A DNA stretch of 64,000 bases from Candidatus Cloacimonadales bacterium (GTDB lineage Bacteria; Cloacimonadota; Cloacimonadia; Cloacimonadales; JAFGVF01): NCBI GenBank assembly GCA_963663475.2, contig CAXXJV010000001.1, forward strand, positions 1,344,001 through 1,408,000, in the 5' to 3' direction. Positions within the stretch are counted from its first letter, which is position 1, and each line of letters starts with the position of its first letter. Shown here piece after piece: positions 48,122 to 63,878 of this stretch. Below the pieces are notes generated by a model. That model had not been told where the DNA came from. It did no database searches and was given only the letters and a program-made list of their open reading frames with translations. The position numbers and the translations under genes are program-made.

Positions 48122-48712
48122 ATGAAAATGCAAGAACTTGTTAAAAAAAATAGGTCAATTAGAAGATTTGATAATTCTTATAGAATTTCAGAAAATGACT
48201 TAAACTATTTGATTGATAATGCGACAAAGGTTGCATCTGCAGCCAACTTGCAGAATATAAGATATATCTATTCAAATAGCAAAAAGACTAATGATGAAAT
48301 ATTCCGTTGTTTAAACTGGGCTGGTTATCTAGAAGATTGGCCAGGTCCAGATATTGCCCAACGTCCTAGTGCTTATATAATTATGGTTATTAAGTCTTCG
48401 ATAGAGAAGTATGCTCATTTTGATGCAGGAATTGCAGCTCAGACTATTAGCTTATCTGCTTGTGAGATGGGACTTGGTGCATGTTTAATAGCTTCAATCA
48501 ACAAACCACTACTCAGCACTGTCTTAGAATTATCTGATGAAGATTATTCAATTCTCTTATGCATAGCTTTGGGGAAAGCAGACGAAAAGGTAGTTGTTGA
48601 ATCAGCTGAAGCTGATAAAATTCAATATTGGAGAGATGATCAAGGCCTTCATCATGTGCCAAAATATGATAGACAACAAGTCACTTTAAAAAAATTTATT
48701 GAAAATGATTAG
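48122..48712 (+). CDS. Nitroreductase family protein
   Basis: NRSIRRF, SAANLQ, DAGIAAQ, GLGAC. Confidence 0.9.
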   Translation: MKMQELVKKNRSIRRFDNSYRISENDLNYLIDNATKVASAANLQNIRYIYSNSKKTNDEIFRCLNWAGYLEDWPGPDIAQRPSAYIIMVIKSSIEKYAHFDAGIAAQTISLSACEMGLGACLIASINKPLLSTVLELSDEDYSILLCIALGKADEKVVVESAEADKIQYWRDDQGLHHVPKYDRQQVTLKKFIEND

Positions 48713-49452
48713 AATGAAATACTTTTCAAATTAATGTCTTTATGTAATGAGTGAGATAAATGGGATAACAATATTCTGTTTATCTCTTTTTTTGATTCAT
48801 CATCAATAGTAAGCTCATTAATAATGTTGCCGACATTAGGAAGTTTTTGTAAAATAGCATAGGCTTTTTGAGAAATTATCCTGGTCTTATGATTTTGGGC
48901 ACATTCTTCACAAATCAAATTATTATTATCCAGAGAGTAAAATATGGCTTCACCATAACTTCTCTTACACTCATTACACTTACTTATTTCCAAAGGAATT
49001 CCTAATATGTAATAATAACGGATTAAGAATCTCCAGAATATAGCAATATGGTTTTTCTTAAGACTTGGTATGTAATTCAGATAATTAAGCAGGAGCTTGA
49101 ATAAAGCTAAATAATCTTCTTCAAGATAGGAATCAATTTTACAGAATAGCTCACAACCAGCACTCTGATACTTTATACTTTCATAGTTATTGACATCTGC
49201 TAAAGCCGTTATTAAATGGGCTCCTTTGAGACTATATATATCATTTTGAGGAACTTTACTCAGCTCTAGATTAAGGTAATTTAAGTTAGATATAGTGCCA
49301 GTTAAGTTACTTTTTTTGTTATTTAAACCTTTTACAGAACATTGGATTACTCCCAAATCAGGTGTGATAAATTTAAAAATAGCATGACTATTCTTGTATT
49401 TAATTACTCTGAGAACAATCCCTTCACAAGTAATATTAGCCTGTTTATTCAC
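48709..49452 (-). CDS. recO: DNA repair protein RecO
   Basis: EGIVLR...T.DLG OB fold; CxxC...CxxC zinc finger. Confidence 0.88.
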   Translation of the reverse strand: MNKQANITCEGIVLRVIKYKNSHAIFKFITPDLGVIQCSVKGLNNKKSNLTGTISNLNYLNLELSKVPQNDIYSLKGAHLITALADVNNYESIKYQSAGCELFCKIDSYLEEDYLALFKLLLNYLNYIPSLKKNHIAIFWRFLIRYYYILGIPLEISKCNECKRSYGEAIFYSLDNNNLICEECAQNHKTRIISQKAYAILQKLPNVGNIINELTIDDESKKEINRILLSHLSHSLHKDINLKSISF

Positions 49453-50911
49453 CTTTTATTCCTAAGATTTTCATGGCTTCTCTAAAGTCTATCGGATTAA
49501 CATAAAGAGTCTTTTGATTTTTATAGGTAACATAACCAGGAGCAGAACCACGAGGTTTTCTCACAAATCTAATCTGAGTATAATCAACTGGAACATTTTC
49601 TGATTTCTTGGCTTTACTATAATAGGCTGCTAATTGGCAACATATAATTCTATATTGATCAGGAAGTTGCTTGTTGGCATAGTTTCTTAAGACAACATGA
49701 GTACCCTGAAAGACTCTAGTATGAAACCACCAGTCTCTCCCTTTAGCTACCCGACAGGTAAGCAGATCGTTCTCACTGGAAGACCTACCAATATAAATTT
49801 CCCAATTATCATCTATTTTTATTCTTCTAAACAAAATTTTGTTATCTGCTTGTCGTTTGATATGCCTTTTTTGATTTGTTTCTTCCAGTAAATGAAGATA
49901 GCTTTCTTCCTCTCGAATATCTTCTATATCAGCAGAAATATCTTTAATCTCATGTTTTGTCTTTTCGATTTGCTCTGCTATTAATTTTTGACCAACTTTA
50001 GCCTTCTTATATTTCTTAAAATAATAATTGCTATTTTCCACCGGGCTTTTATCAGTCTGTAAAGGAATAGTAATAAGTGGGAAATTTTCTACATAATAGT
50101 TAGCTAGACTAATCTGATCCATGCCTTTGTCAATTTTGCTAATTGATGCTTTGAGAAGTTCTGCATAGTGTAACCATTTATCTTCATCTTGGGCAATGAC
50201 TAACTCCTCTTCTTGTTTTTTAAGCTTCTTCTCTGCTTTTTTTAATTTCTGTTGTAAGTTACTAATTAGATTCTTTTTTAGATTAGCTATTTTCTTTGAG
50301 ATTATTTCCTGGTAGTAAAGACTCTCAAAGAGAGAGTTGATATCACTAAAACCTTGGTTTTCATTCTCCTGTATTTTTCCCTTGTTAATTGAAAGCTTAT
50401 AATGGACTTTATCCTCTTCTGGTTTGAAGTTATTAGCTGGAGGCATCCATTCCATCTTAGGAATGATTTGCCTTTGGTTATTATCTGCAAAGGAAAATTT
50501 TTTTAAAGAATCTATGATTATTAGTTTTTCCTCAAGCCTCTGGCAGAGAATAATATTCTCAAAATTAGCTGCTAACTCACAAACAAGGACATAACTTTTA
50601 GTCTCATTATAAATATCAGTCTTCTCAATATTGATGAGATAGATTCTATCACTGGCCATTAGCTCAATTGACTTGATTATTCCCTTGTTCAAAACCTGAT
50701 TAAAAATGGTCAAGTTTCTATCTTCAGCCCAAGGTAGTAAGTCATTATCAGTGAAAAACATAAAGGAATTTCCCTGGTTTAAAGAAATCTGTAATCTATT
50801 TTTATTCTTAAAAAAAGTAAGTATGTATTGGTCATGGAATCGTTGCATGCTTTTAATTTCATAATCAATCAAACTTGCTCCATTCCATTCTTTAAGGTAT
50901 TTATATTTCAT
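49445..50911 (-). CDS. NFACT/FbpA-family ribosome quality-control protein (RqcH-like)
   Basis: DRI motif, IGRSSSENDLL, WWFH...GTHV, VDYTQIRFVRKP...PGYVTY. Confidence 0.9.
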   Translation of the reverse strand: MKYKYLKEWNGASLIDYEIKSMQRFHDQYILTFFKNKNRLQISLNQGNSFMFFTDNDLLPWAEDRNLTIFNQVLNKGIIKSIELMASDRIYLINIEKTDIYNETKSYVLVCELAANFENIILCQRLEEKLIIIDSLKKFSFADNNQRQIIPKMEWMPPANNFKPEEDKVHYKLSINKGKIQENENQGFSDINSLFESLYYQEIISKKIANLKKNLISNLQQKLKKAEKKLKKQEEELVIAQDEDKWLHYAELLKASISKIDKGMDQISLANYYVENFPLITIPLQTDKSPVENSNYYFKKYKKAKVGQKLIAEQIEKTKHEIKDISADIEDIREEESYLHLLEETNQKRHIKRQADNKILFRRIKIDDNWEIYIGRSSSENDLLTCRVAKGRDWWFHTRVFQGTHVVLRNYANKQLPDQYRIICCQLAAYYSKAKKSENVPVDYTQIRFVRKPRGSAPGYVTYKNQKTLYVNPIDFREAMKILGIKGE

Positions 50912-51031
50912 ATCATCTCCTAGAGAAGTACTAATTATAAAGCAAAAAAAATGTCAAATTATTTCTTGACATTAAGGCAATTCATATTATAGTATAGATT
51001 AGTTAAATTAATTATAAAAAAAGGAGAGAAA

Positions 51032-51925
51032 ATGAAAGCTACAAACATCATTTTAATTGTATTAATTGTTGTTTCTGCTGGCTTAGCAGTTATGTTGGTA
51101 TCAACATCAAACAAGCTTGGAAAACATGATTCTGTGGTTGCTGATTACGAAGAAAGAATTGCTGAGTTAGAAGCTACCCATAACAATATGTTAGATGAAA
51201 AAGACAACCTAATGCAAACAATAGCAGATTTACAACAAAAAGAAAAGAATTATTTAAGGGTCCAGGCACAATTATATGAGATAGCTGAAATTACTAAATC
51301 TAACAAAAAATCTCTAGCAAATGTTGAAATAGACCCTGATTATGCAACTAATCAGTCTCTTGAAACTTTAGAGAAAAATCAAAATGAACTCAAGAAATTG
51401 AGAAATGAAAGAGGGCTTTTATACTCAGAAATCAATTCTTTAAAGAAAAGTTTAAACTCTTCTAATGCTGATAAGGAAAAAATCCAAGCACAAATCGACA
51501 GATTACAAGCAGAAATTGATAGAACTGATGTAATGATAGCTAATTTAGAGCAATCAATTGCCCAAAGTCAAGATCTTATCGCTAAGCAAAAAGCTGAACT
51601 TAACACTATTTATTATGTAATTGGAAGTAAAGATCAACTAAGAGAAATGGGTGTTACTTCTAAGGAAGGTGGAGTTCTTTGGGGATTGCTTGGTGCAACT
51701 GAACAAGTTAGAAATGACTTTAACAAAGAAAACTTTACACCTATGAATCTTGCTGACAATGATGAAATTGAAATCAATGCTTATATTGATGATATTACTA
51801 TTCATTCAAAACAGCTTAAATCTGCTTATGAACTAGTTGAAGTTAGTGATGATATGACTGTTCTAAAGGTTAAAGACCATGAACAATTTAGAGAAAACAA
51901 ACACTTAGTTATAGAAATTAATTAA
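51032..51925 (+). CDS. Membrane-anchored coiled-coil protein
   Basis: N-terminal TM, long coiled coil, ELNTIYYVIGSK domain. Confidence 0.8.
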   Translation: MKATNIILIVLIVVSAGLAVMLVSTSNKLGKHDSVVADYEERIAELEATHNNMLDEKDNLMQTIADLQQKEKNYLRVQAQLYEIAEITKSNKKSLANVEIDPDYATNQSLETLEKNQNELKKLRNERGLLYSEINSLKKSLNSSNADKEKIQAQIDRLQAEIDRTDVMIANLEQSIAQSQDLIAKQKAELNTIYYVIGSKDQLREMGVTSKEGGVLWGLLGATEQVRNDFNKENFTPMNLADNDEIEINAYIDDITIHSKQLKSAYELVEVSDDMTVLKVKDHEQFRENKHLVIEIN

Positions 51926-51947
51926 GATGAATTACTAATAAAATTAA

Positions 51948-51978
51948 TGGGCTACTTGTTAAGTAGCCCAATTTTTTT
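51948..51978. terminator. Terminator between convergent genes
   Basis: TGGGCTACTT-GTT-AAGTAGCCCA followed by T-run. Confidence 0.8.
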
Positions 51979-51981
51979 ATA

Positions 51982-52620
51982 TTAAACCCCTTGCTTATTA
52001 GGGTCCCAGATATACTTGTGAATTTGAAGTTGAAATCTAACATTAAGTTTATCTTCAACAATCCAAGATACTAAAACATCTGCAGCAATTCTGTTGAAAA
52101 CAGGGGAGAAGATAATCTTTCTACCAAGTAGATTATTAGTAAAAATAAAATCCTTACTCCATAAATAATCTTCATAGTCTGAAATAACAAATTTAAGCTC
52201 ATCAGTCTCATTCATAATCTCTAAATTAGTCATGCAAAAACTATTCTTAGAACCACTATTAATAGTTTTAACATCAATAATCTTATGAACTCTTTGATCT
52301 ATCTTCTCTAGGGATAATGAACCATTTGTTTCAAGTAAGACTTTATAACCATTGGTAAGAAGTGCATCAATCAATTGAGAAATTTCAGCTTGTAAGAGTG
52401 GTTCTCCTCCAGTAATTTCAACCAGCTTTATTGGATGGTATTTTCTTATATCATCTAAAATGTCTTCAATATTCATGGAGAAATTTGCCCTATAACTATA
52501 CTGGGTATCGCAATAATTACATCTTAAATTACATTCAGCAAAACGGATAAATATGCAAGGGTAACCAATATAAGATGATTCACCTTGAATACTGCAAAAT
52601 ATTTCTATCAATTTAATCAT
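51982..52620 (-). CDS. queE: 7-carboxy-7-deazaguanine synthase (radical SAM)
   Basis: EIFCSIQGE, CNLRCNYCDT, TGGEPL, ETNG, QLQIHK. Confidence 0.92.
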   Translation of the reverse strand: MIKLIEIFCSIQGESSYIGYPCIFIRFAECNLRCNYCDTQYSYRANFSMNIEDILDDIRKYHPIKLVEITGGEPLLQAEISQLIDALLTNGYKVLLETNGSLSLEKIDQRVHKIIDVKTINSGSKNSFCMTNLEIMNETDELKFVISDYEDYLWSKDFIFTNNLLGRKIIFSPVFNRIAADVLVSWIVEDKLNVRFQLQIHKYIWDPNKQGV

Positions 52621-52658
52621 TATTTCTTTTCTTTTTTATTATAAGTTGCTTGTATTTA

Positions 52659-53867
52659 TTATTGTGGCAAGTAAGGGAAAGTTTTCTGATAATCAAGAAA
52701 ACTATTTATGTAGTTGGTTAGTTTTTGGTAGTTACCAATCACAAATTTCTTTCTCTTTCCAACATTATAGAAAGAATAATCTTCTGCTTTATAGTCGAAG
52801 TTATCTAGAAACTCAAGATCCCCTAAAAGTGGTTTATTTTTATGTAGTAATAATTTAATGTTTTCTGATTTAGCATTTATTATATTCTCAAATGGCTGCT
52901 TATGGCATTTATCAATAACTAAAAGCTGAGAACTGGCATTTTCTAATGAACCATATTCTTTGGGCAGGTATAAAGCTTTAGCAGGTCTGCTAGTTACCAT
53001 CTCAAAAATATCCTTGCTAGAAACTTGAGGAAAATGATCTCTCGAAAACTTCATTTCTGCAAAGAGGTTAATGCTACCTGAAAGAGTTGAATCTGTAGCA
53101 ATTACTACATTAGCATTGTATTCTAGGCAAGCATCTATATCTAGGTGTGCACCTATTAGATTATCATTTGAGACAGGACACCAACAAATGCTTGCTCCAA
53201 CTTGGGCAATCTCCTTTATCTCTTGTCTGGTTAAAGCAATTCCATGAATCATAAGTGTATTCTTTGCTAATAACCCTCTTGCTTTCAAATCTGAAAATTC
53301 ATTAGCTGTAATCTCATCAGTACCTTCGCCAAGATGAACTATGAAAGGCATAGAACTCTTACTCTTAGCAAACTCTTCTTCAGCACTACCTCCTCCCCAC
53401 CAATTACCTAAGGGAAGAGAATGGCACTGAGTATAATCTCTTATAACATTTATAGGAAATGAATCATAATAAATATCTGCTTGCTTAGGAGCATGATCTT
53501 GAACTGCTACTACTCCAGAAAATAGATTCTTATAAACTCCTAATTGGCACAAGACCATTTCCTTGTCTTTTGTTAGGATAAAAGAACCATCATTTTTCCA
53601 ATACTTATTTCTATCTAAATAAGTAGGATGATCTTTCATTTGCTCAACCCAAATGTGAGAATTAGGAAATTTCTGGGGTGATATAGCAGGTGGGTACCAA
53701 TTACCAACTAAATGGTCATGGGCATTAATTAATGCAGGATAGATGATTGCATTCTCGAATAATATATCTTTTTTACTTGCTTTGATATAGTCAGAATCAA
53801 GACTTACCCAAGCTTTATCTTGAATATTATCAGACGAGAATACAATCTTATCCGCAAAAAGTCTCAT
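52659..53867 (-). CDS. Amidohydrolase-superfamily protein
   Basis: PALINAHDH, VHLGEG, IHG, CWCPVSN, ATD. Confidence 0.88.
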   Translation of the reverse strand: MRLFADKIVFSSDNIQDKAWVSLDSDYIKASKKDILFENAIIYPALINAHDHLVGNWYPPAISPQKFPNSHIWVEQMKDHPTYLDRNKYWKNDGSFILTKDKEMVLCQLGVYKNLFSGVVAVQDHAPKQADIYYDSFPINVIRDYTQCHSLPLGNWWGGGSAEEEFAKSKSSMPFIVHLGEGTDEITANEFSDLKARGLLAKNTLMIHGIALTRQEIKEIAQVGASICWCPVSNDNLIGAHLDIDACLEYNANVVIATDSTLSGSINLFAEMKFSRDHFPQVSSKDIFEMVTSRPAKALYLPKEYGSLENASSQLLVIDKCHKQPFENIINAKSENIKLLLHKNKPLLGDLEFLDNFDYKAEDYSFYNVGKRKKFVIGNYQKLTNYINSFLDYQKTFPYLPQ

Positions 53868-53868
53868 C

Positions 53869-55056
53869 TTAATCAGCTTTTTTCAAATTCTTTATCATTA
53901 GAGGGATAATCTCAAATAAATCACCAACAACTCCTAAATCAGCTACCTTAAAGATAGGAGCATCTGCATCTTTATTAATAGCAATAATATAATCAGATGA
54001 AGACATTCCTGCTAAATGCTGAATTGCTCCTGATATACCTACTGCTATATATATAGAAGGTTTTACTGTTTTACCTGTTTGACCTACTTGGTGAGGATAA
54101 GCTATCCATTCATTATCAACAGCAGCTCGAGAAGCACCTACCGCTCCACCTAGTAATCCAGCTAATTCTTCTAACATCTTGAAGTTCTCAGCATTTTTTA
54201 AGCCTCTACCACCAGCTACAATGATATTGGCATCTACTATATTGGCTAAATTGCCTTCTTCTTTTACCTTCTTAATGAACCTAGTTAATCTCTCACTAAG
54301 CTCAAGATTTAATGTCTCTTCTATAAGTTTACCTTTTCTAGAAGTATCCATCTTTAATGGATCCATAACCTTATAACGTACTGTTGCCATTTGAGGTCTA
54401 TGGTTTGGTGTTTCAATTCTTGCCATGATGTTTCCACCAAAAGCGGGACGGGTCTGAATTAAATTGCTTGTTGCTGGATCTATCTTCAAACCTGTACAGT
54501 CTGCTGTAAGACCAGTATTCATAGCAGTAGCAACCCTAGGTAAGAAGGATCTTCCAGTATTAGTAGCTCCTGTTAGAATTATTTCAGGCTTATATTTCTT
54601 AATTAACCCTTGTAATGCTTCTGCATAAAGATCATCTGTAAAATCCTTCAATAAAGGATCATCTATTAATATAACTTCTTCTGCTCCATGATGATAAAGC
54701 TTATCAACTAAACCTTTAACCTCATGGCCAAATAAAATAGCAGATAATTTTGATTCTCTATCTTCTGCTAATTCCTTACCCTTACCTAAAAGTTCATAAA
54801 CTACTGGGGCTATGTCATTGTCTTGCTGTTCTGCAAAAACCCATACCCCTTTATAATCATCTTTATTTATATTTGTTTGGGCAGCTTTTCTAATTAAAAT
54901 TGCTTCAAAAGGACATGCAGAAACACAAGCTCCACATAGTACACATTTATCAGCATTAATCTCTGCTACTTTATCAGTAATCGTGATTGCTCCGTAGGCA
55001 CAGGCTTTTAAACATTTACCACATCCTACACATTTTTCTCTAATTACTTCAATCAT
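53869..55056 (-). CDS. etfA: Electron transfer flavoprotein alpha subunit with N-terminal 2x[4Fe-4S] ferredoxin
   Basis: Two CxxCxxCxxxC motifs; GLTADCT, RPAFGG, QVGQTG, GISGAIQH. Confidence 0.93.
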   Translation of the reverse strand: MIEVIREKCVGCGKCLKACAYGAITITDKVAEINADKCVLCGACVSACPFEAILIRKAAQTNINKDDYKGVWVFAEQQDNDIAPVVYELLGKGKELAEDRESKLSAILFGHEVKGLVDKLYHHGAEEVILIDDPLLKDFTDDLYAEALQGLIKKYKPEIILTGATNTGRSFLPRVATAMNTGLTADCTGLKIDPATSNLIQTRPAFGGNIMARIETPNHRPQMATVRYKVMDPLKMDTSRKGKLIEETLNLELSERLTRFIKKVKEEGNLANIVDANIIVAGGRGLKNAENFKMLEELAGLLGGAVGASRAAVDNEWIAYPHQVGQTGKTVKPSIYIAVGISGAIQHLAGMSSSDYIIAINKDADAPIFKVADLGVVGDLFEIIPLMIKNLKKAD

Positions 55057-55538
55057 GTTTTCTCCATTATAATTTTATCTTATTACTTATGTATTATTTT
55101 TAATTCAGGATTTTTTAATATTTCTCCTCATAATCAACATTGTATGATTTTAGGAAATTAGGCAAGGATTTTTTTAACTTTTTTTAATTCATTATCCTTT
55201 GACAAGTTTTTAGGCACAAAAAAATGCTAATTTCTAAGCTTATTATATATATAAGGAATAAAAAGCTTCTTATTATCCCGAATGCGCTACTAGGTTTTTA
55301 TGAATATAAGATTCTGCATTCTCCCCTAAAACCCTACTACACTATTTTGGATTATATTACTTCTCAGCTTATCTAAAAATCTGGGAACACCAGCATATCT
55401 GCCTGCCAAAACTGAGATAGCCAGCATCCCTGCTGGCATTTTCCTATTACTGGGAGCGCCAGCATCCCTGCAGGTATTTTCCTTTCTGCCAAGCACCCAA
55501 ACTGCCATATCTTTACATTGCTAAAGCCCTACCCGCCT

Positions 55539-56174
55539 TTGGGTCGCGGGATTCCAGCCCGCGGTTACTCAGATAACAAGCGGTTACGGGATTGGGTCGC
55601 GGGATTCCAGCCCGCGGTTACTCAGAAGACAAGCGGTTACGGGATTGGGTCGCGGGATTCCAGCCCGCGGTTACTCAGATAACAAGCGGTTACGGGATTG
55701 GGCCGCGGGATTCCAGCCCGCGGTTACTCAGATAAAAAGTGGTAATGGGATTGGGTCGCGGGATTCCAGCCCGCGTTTACGCTGGTTGCAAGTGGTTACG
55801 GGATTGGGTCGCGGGATTCCAGCCCGCGGTTACGCAGAAGACAAGCGGTTACGGGATTGGGTCGCGGGATTCCAGCCCGCGTTTACGCTGGTGACAAGTG
55901 GTTACGGGATTGGGTCGCGGGATTCCAGCCCGCGTTTACGCTGGTGGCAAGTGGTTACGGGATTGGGTCGCGGGATTCCAGCCCGCGGTTACTCAGATAA
56001 AAAGTGGTAATGGGATTGGGTCGCGGGATTCCAGTCCGCGTTTACGCTGGTGGCAAGTGGTTACGGGATTGGGTCGCGGGATTCCAGCCCGCGGTTACTC
56101 AGATAACAAGCGGTTACGGGATTGGGTCGCGGGATTCCAGCCCGCGTTTACGCTGGTGGCAAGTGGTTACGGAT
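55539..56174 (+). repeat. Tandem array of 12 x 53-bp units with palindromic REP-like core
   Basis: TTGGGTCGCGGG-ATTCCAG-CCCGCG every 53 bp; two linker types. Confidence 0.95.
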
Positions 56175-56555
56175 CCTAGTCTGCCCACCAAAACTAGGAG
56201 CGCCAGCATCCCTGCTGGCATCTTCCTCACACTGGGAACGCCAGCATCCCTGCTGGCATTTTCTCTTCTGCTAGACTGAAAAAAGACTTACTCACTCCCT
56301 CTCTTCTAAGCAAGATAATTTTCTATTATACCTAATAATAGAAAATATAAAAATACCCTTACCATCATCTATCCTTCCTTTACACTCTTTCGATGAAAAG
56401 CGGACTTTCATCGAAAGACTGTAAAGGAAGGATAGTGAAAGAAAGGGTAACAGAATACTAAAATTTATTCTCAACAGTTGAACAGCTTTGTCGGACGGTG
56501 GGCAAGAAAAAACTAGGAGAGCCAGCATTCCTTCTAGCATCTTCTTCTCTCACCT

Positions 56556-56704
56556 GGCACCAAAACTGCAAATTCCTACTTTGCTAAAGCCCTACCCGCC
56601 TTTGGGTCGCGGGATTCCAGCCCGCGTTTACGCTGGTGGCAAGTGGTTACGGATCCTAGTCTGCCCACCAAAACTAGGAGCGCCAGCATTCCTGCTGGCA
56701 TTTT
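56556..56704 (+). repeat. Single-unit copy of the array locus with the same flanks
   Basis: TTGCTAAAGCCCTACCCGCCT...GGATCCTAGTCTGCCCACCAAAACTAGGAGCGCCAGCAT also flank the 12-mer array. Confidence 0.9.
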
Positions 56705-56909
56705 CTTTTCCTCACTCTTTTTCCTGTTTTTTCTCTCAGCATTAGCATTTCTCACTCACTCATTTTTAAAAAAGCAGACGAAAAACTGTTAATATCAAAA
56801 AAAATATCAGATAAAAATAACATAGCATATATGACCATTTTTCAGTAGCTAAAAAGACCAAAATGTCTATGCATTTATCAAGAAAAATTAAAAAAGATAA
56901 AAAAAGGTA

Positions 56910-56995
56910 TTGACAAGAATACCCTCTCCAGTAGTTTGACGGAACCAATGCACGGGAATGAAAGTTCCAAAGCAAAGGAAATGATCTTTGAATAA
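56910..56995 (+). promoter_or_regulatory. rRNA operon promoter and boxA-like site
   Basis: TTGACA 56910, TAGTTT 56932, A-tract UP element, TGATCTTTGAA at 56982. Confidence 0.6.
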
Positions 56996-57069
56996 TTTTA
57001 AAAAGTTAAAAAGTTATAGAGTGAATGAATGAAGTAAACTTGCGAGAGACAGGAACACGATTTATTATA

Positions 57070-58606
<1,537 letters not shown>

Positions 58607-58709
58607 TAAAGGAGAAATAGTTTCTTGATAAGTTTACTTTTTCATTCTATAACAAAACATAAAATTTTACAGTAAATAGAGTGCAATAGAGTGTGTATAA
58701 TTAATTTTT

Positions 58710-61824
<3,115 letters not shown>

Positions 61825-61988
61825 AATATTTTTTATATACACTCTATTATCTCTTACTGTTTAACAACAGTAAGAGAAATGAAGAATTAATAATGAAAAA
61901 TGAAAAATGAAAGAATATGAATCATTTTAAAATTAATTATTCAGGCACGACAAACTAAGTAAAATAAACATTTTTGACAGGGGTCAAA

Positions 61989-62104
<116 letters not shown>

Positions 62105-62126
62105 TTTGACCCCTGTTGTATTTCAA

Positions 62127-62182
62127 CAGGGGACAAAGATGAACTACTTCAGGCTGGCCATCTTTGACCCCTGCTTTTTTTT
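62127..62182 (+). terminator. rRNA operon terminator
   Basis: CAGGGGACAAAGATG...CATCTTTGACCCCTG followed by T8. Confidence 0.75.
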
Positions 62183-62396
62183 AGTGAAAAATGAAGAATG
62201 AAAAGTGAAAAGTGACGGGAGTTGCTCACGGAGTAGCGACTTCCGACAACTTTTCTTTCTTTCACCCGAAGTCCCTTGCCTAGGGCTGAGGAACTCCGGT
62301 CTCCAATTGTAGATGGAAGTTTAAACTGGTACACAAATGGCAGTTTAATCTGGTACAGTTTTCAGGAGTAAAAAAGTAAAAATTCCTGGAGACAAT

Positions 62397-63878
62397 ATGA
62401 AAGGAGCCAAAGTGTATCATGCAATCAAGTCGTTAAGCAAAGCAGGTAATAGTGTAAGAGATATAGCCAAGCAGTTAAAAGTATCTAAAACAACTGTTTT
62501 ACGCTATTTAAATGTACCTGATAATGAAGTAGAAGAGCTTTTAACAAAAGTTAGAAGACCGAGTGTTTTAGAAGTTCACAGAGAAGCAATAACTCAGAAA
62601 ATATCATCAAATCCAAAGATGAGACTAAGCAAATTATACAAAATATTTAAGAGAGATTATGAAGATTTACAGATAAGTCAAAGAGGTTTTTTTAATTTTT
62701 CTAAAAGAATTAAAGAGAGCTTAGAACTACCAACAAAAAGATATTACAAAGTCGTAAGTTATAAGCCAGGGATTCAGATGCAAGTAGATCCTGGAGAATG
62801 TTATATTAAACTATCAAATAAAGAGCGGAAAAAGATATATTTTTGCGTGTTTAAATATTGCTATTCAAGAATGACTTTTGTGCATTTCCAGTTTAAGCCA
62901 TATAATACAGATGATTTTATTAGTGCTCATAAAGAATGTTTTGAATATTACGGATATATACCAGAGACAATGATTTATGATCAAACAAAACTAGTAGTAA
63001 TCAAAGAAATATATAGAGAGGTTACTTATAATAGTAAGTTTTTCCAATTTATGAACAATCTATCAATAAATCCATATTCTTGTGAGGGTTATGATCCTGA
63101 GAGTAAGGGATTAGTTGAAAGAGCAGTTAGAGAAGTAAAAGAAGATTTTCTTTATGGTGAAGTTTTTAGTGGTTTGTCAGAAGTAAGAGTTAGAGCAAAA
63201 GATTGGTTTGAAGAGGTTAATAATCGAATTCACAGTTCCTTAAATGAAACTCCACGCAATATGTTTAAAGAAGAAGAGAAGATCCTTAGATCCTATAATT
63301 TATATATCGAAGAACTTAGAAAAGTAGATAAAACAGGATTAATATCCTGGAAAAGAAATAAATATTCTGTACCTTATCTCTATCAGCAAAAGAGTGTATA
63401 TGTAAGAGAGAATGGAACTTCTTTGGAAATATTAGATACTAAGAGTAGAAAAAAAGTTGCTTCTCACAGATTATCACAAGAAAAAAGAAGACCTATTATA
63501 TCTCAATGTCATTATATCGATTATTCTCAAACAATTGAGAAATTAAAAGAAGAAATTAAGGCATTATTCCCCAATAAGATTAATATCTCCATTTTGCTAG
63601 ATTCTCTTATTTCAAACAACAGCAAAAATCCAAGAGAGCAACTTTTAGCATTACTTAAATTTATTAATAATAATAAACATCTTAATTGGTCAATAATAAT
63701 TTCCAAAGTTCTTAAATTAGAAGATATAAGAGCAACTAAAATTGAAAGTATAGTTAATGAAGAAAACAAAAAATACAAATTGCTAAACATCAAAAAGGCT
63801 AATTCATACAATCAAGAAAACACTAAAAAATCTTTAATTCAAAGAGATTTATCAATATATGATAGGATAATAAAATGA
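62397..63878 (+). CDS. istA: IS21 transposase IstA
   Basis: N-terminal HTH; PGIQMQVD, YSR, YDQTK, PESKGLVERAV; RKVDKTG...YSVP. Confidence 0.93.
   Translation: MKGAKVYHAIKSLSKAGNSVRDIAKQLKVSKTTVLRYLNVPDNEVEELLTKVRRPSVLEVHREAITQKISSNPKMRLSKLYKIFKRDYEDLQISQRGFFNFSKRIKESLELPTKRYYKVVSYKPGIQMQVDPGECYIKLSNKERKKIYFCVFKYCYSRMTFVHFQFKPYNTDDFISAHKECFEYYGYIPETMIYDQTKLVVIKEIYREVTYNSKFFQFMNNLSINPYSCEGYDPESKGLVERAVREVKEDFLYGEVFSGLSEVRVRAKDWFEEVNNRIHSSLNETPRNMFKEEEKILRSYNLYIEELRKVDKTGLISWKRNKYSVPYLYQQKSVYVRENGTSLEILDTKSRKKVASHRLSQEKRRPIISQCHYIDYSQTIEKLKEEIKALFPNKINISILLDSLISNNSKNPREQLLALLKFINNNKHLNWSIIISKVLKLEDIRATKIESIVNEENKKYKLLNIKKANSYNQENTKKSLIQRDLSIYDRIIK

Noticed and set aside
55539-56174. CRISPR array
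   Set aside because: Linkers are two recurring sequence types rather than unique spacers, and there are no cas genes in the window
55326-56975. ORFs in the repeat region
   Set aside because: Translations of GC-rich repeats in several frames, without RBS
58607-58709. tRNA in the 16S-23S spacer
   Set aside because: Spacer is ~100 nt, AT-rich, with no cloverleaf or TTC loop; it contains only processing-stem sequence
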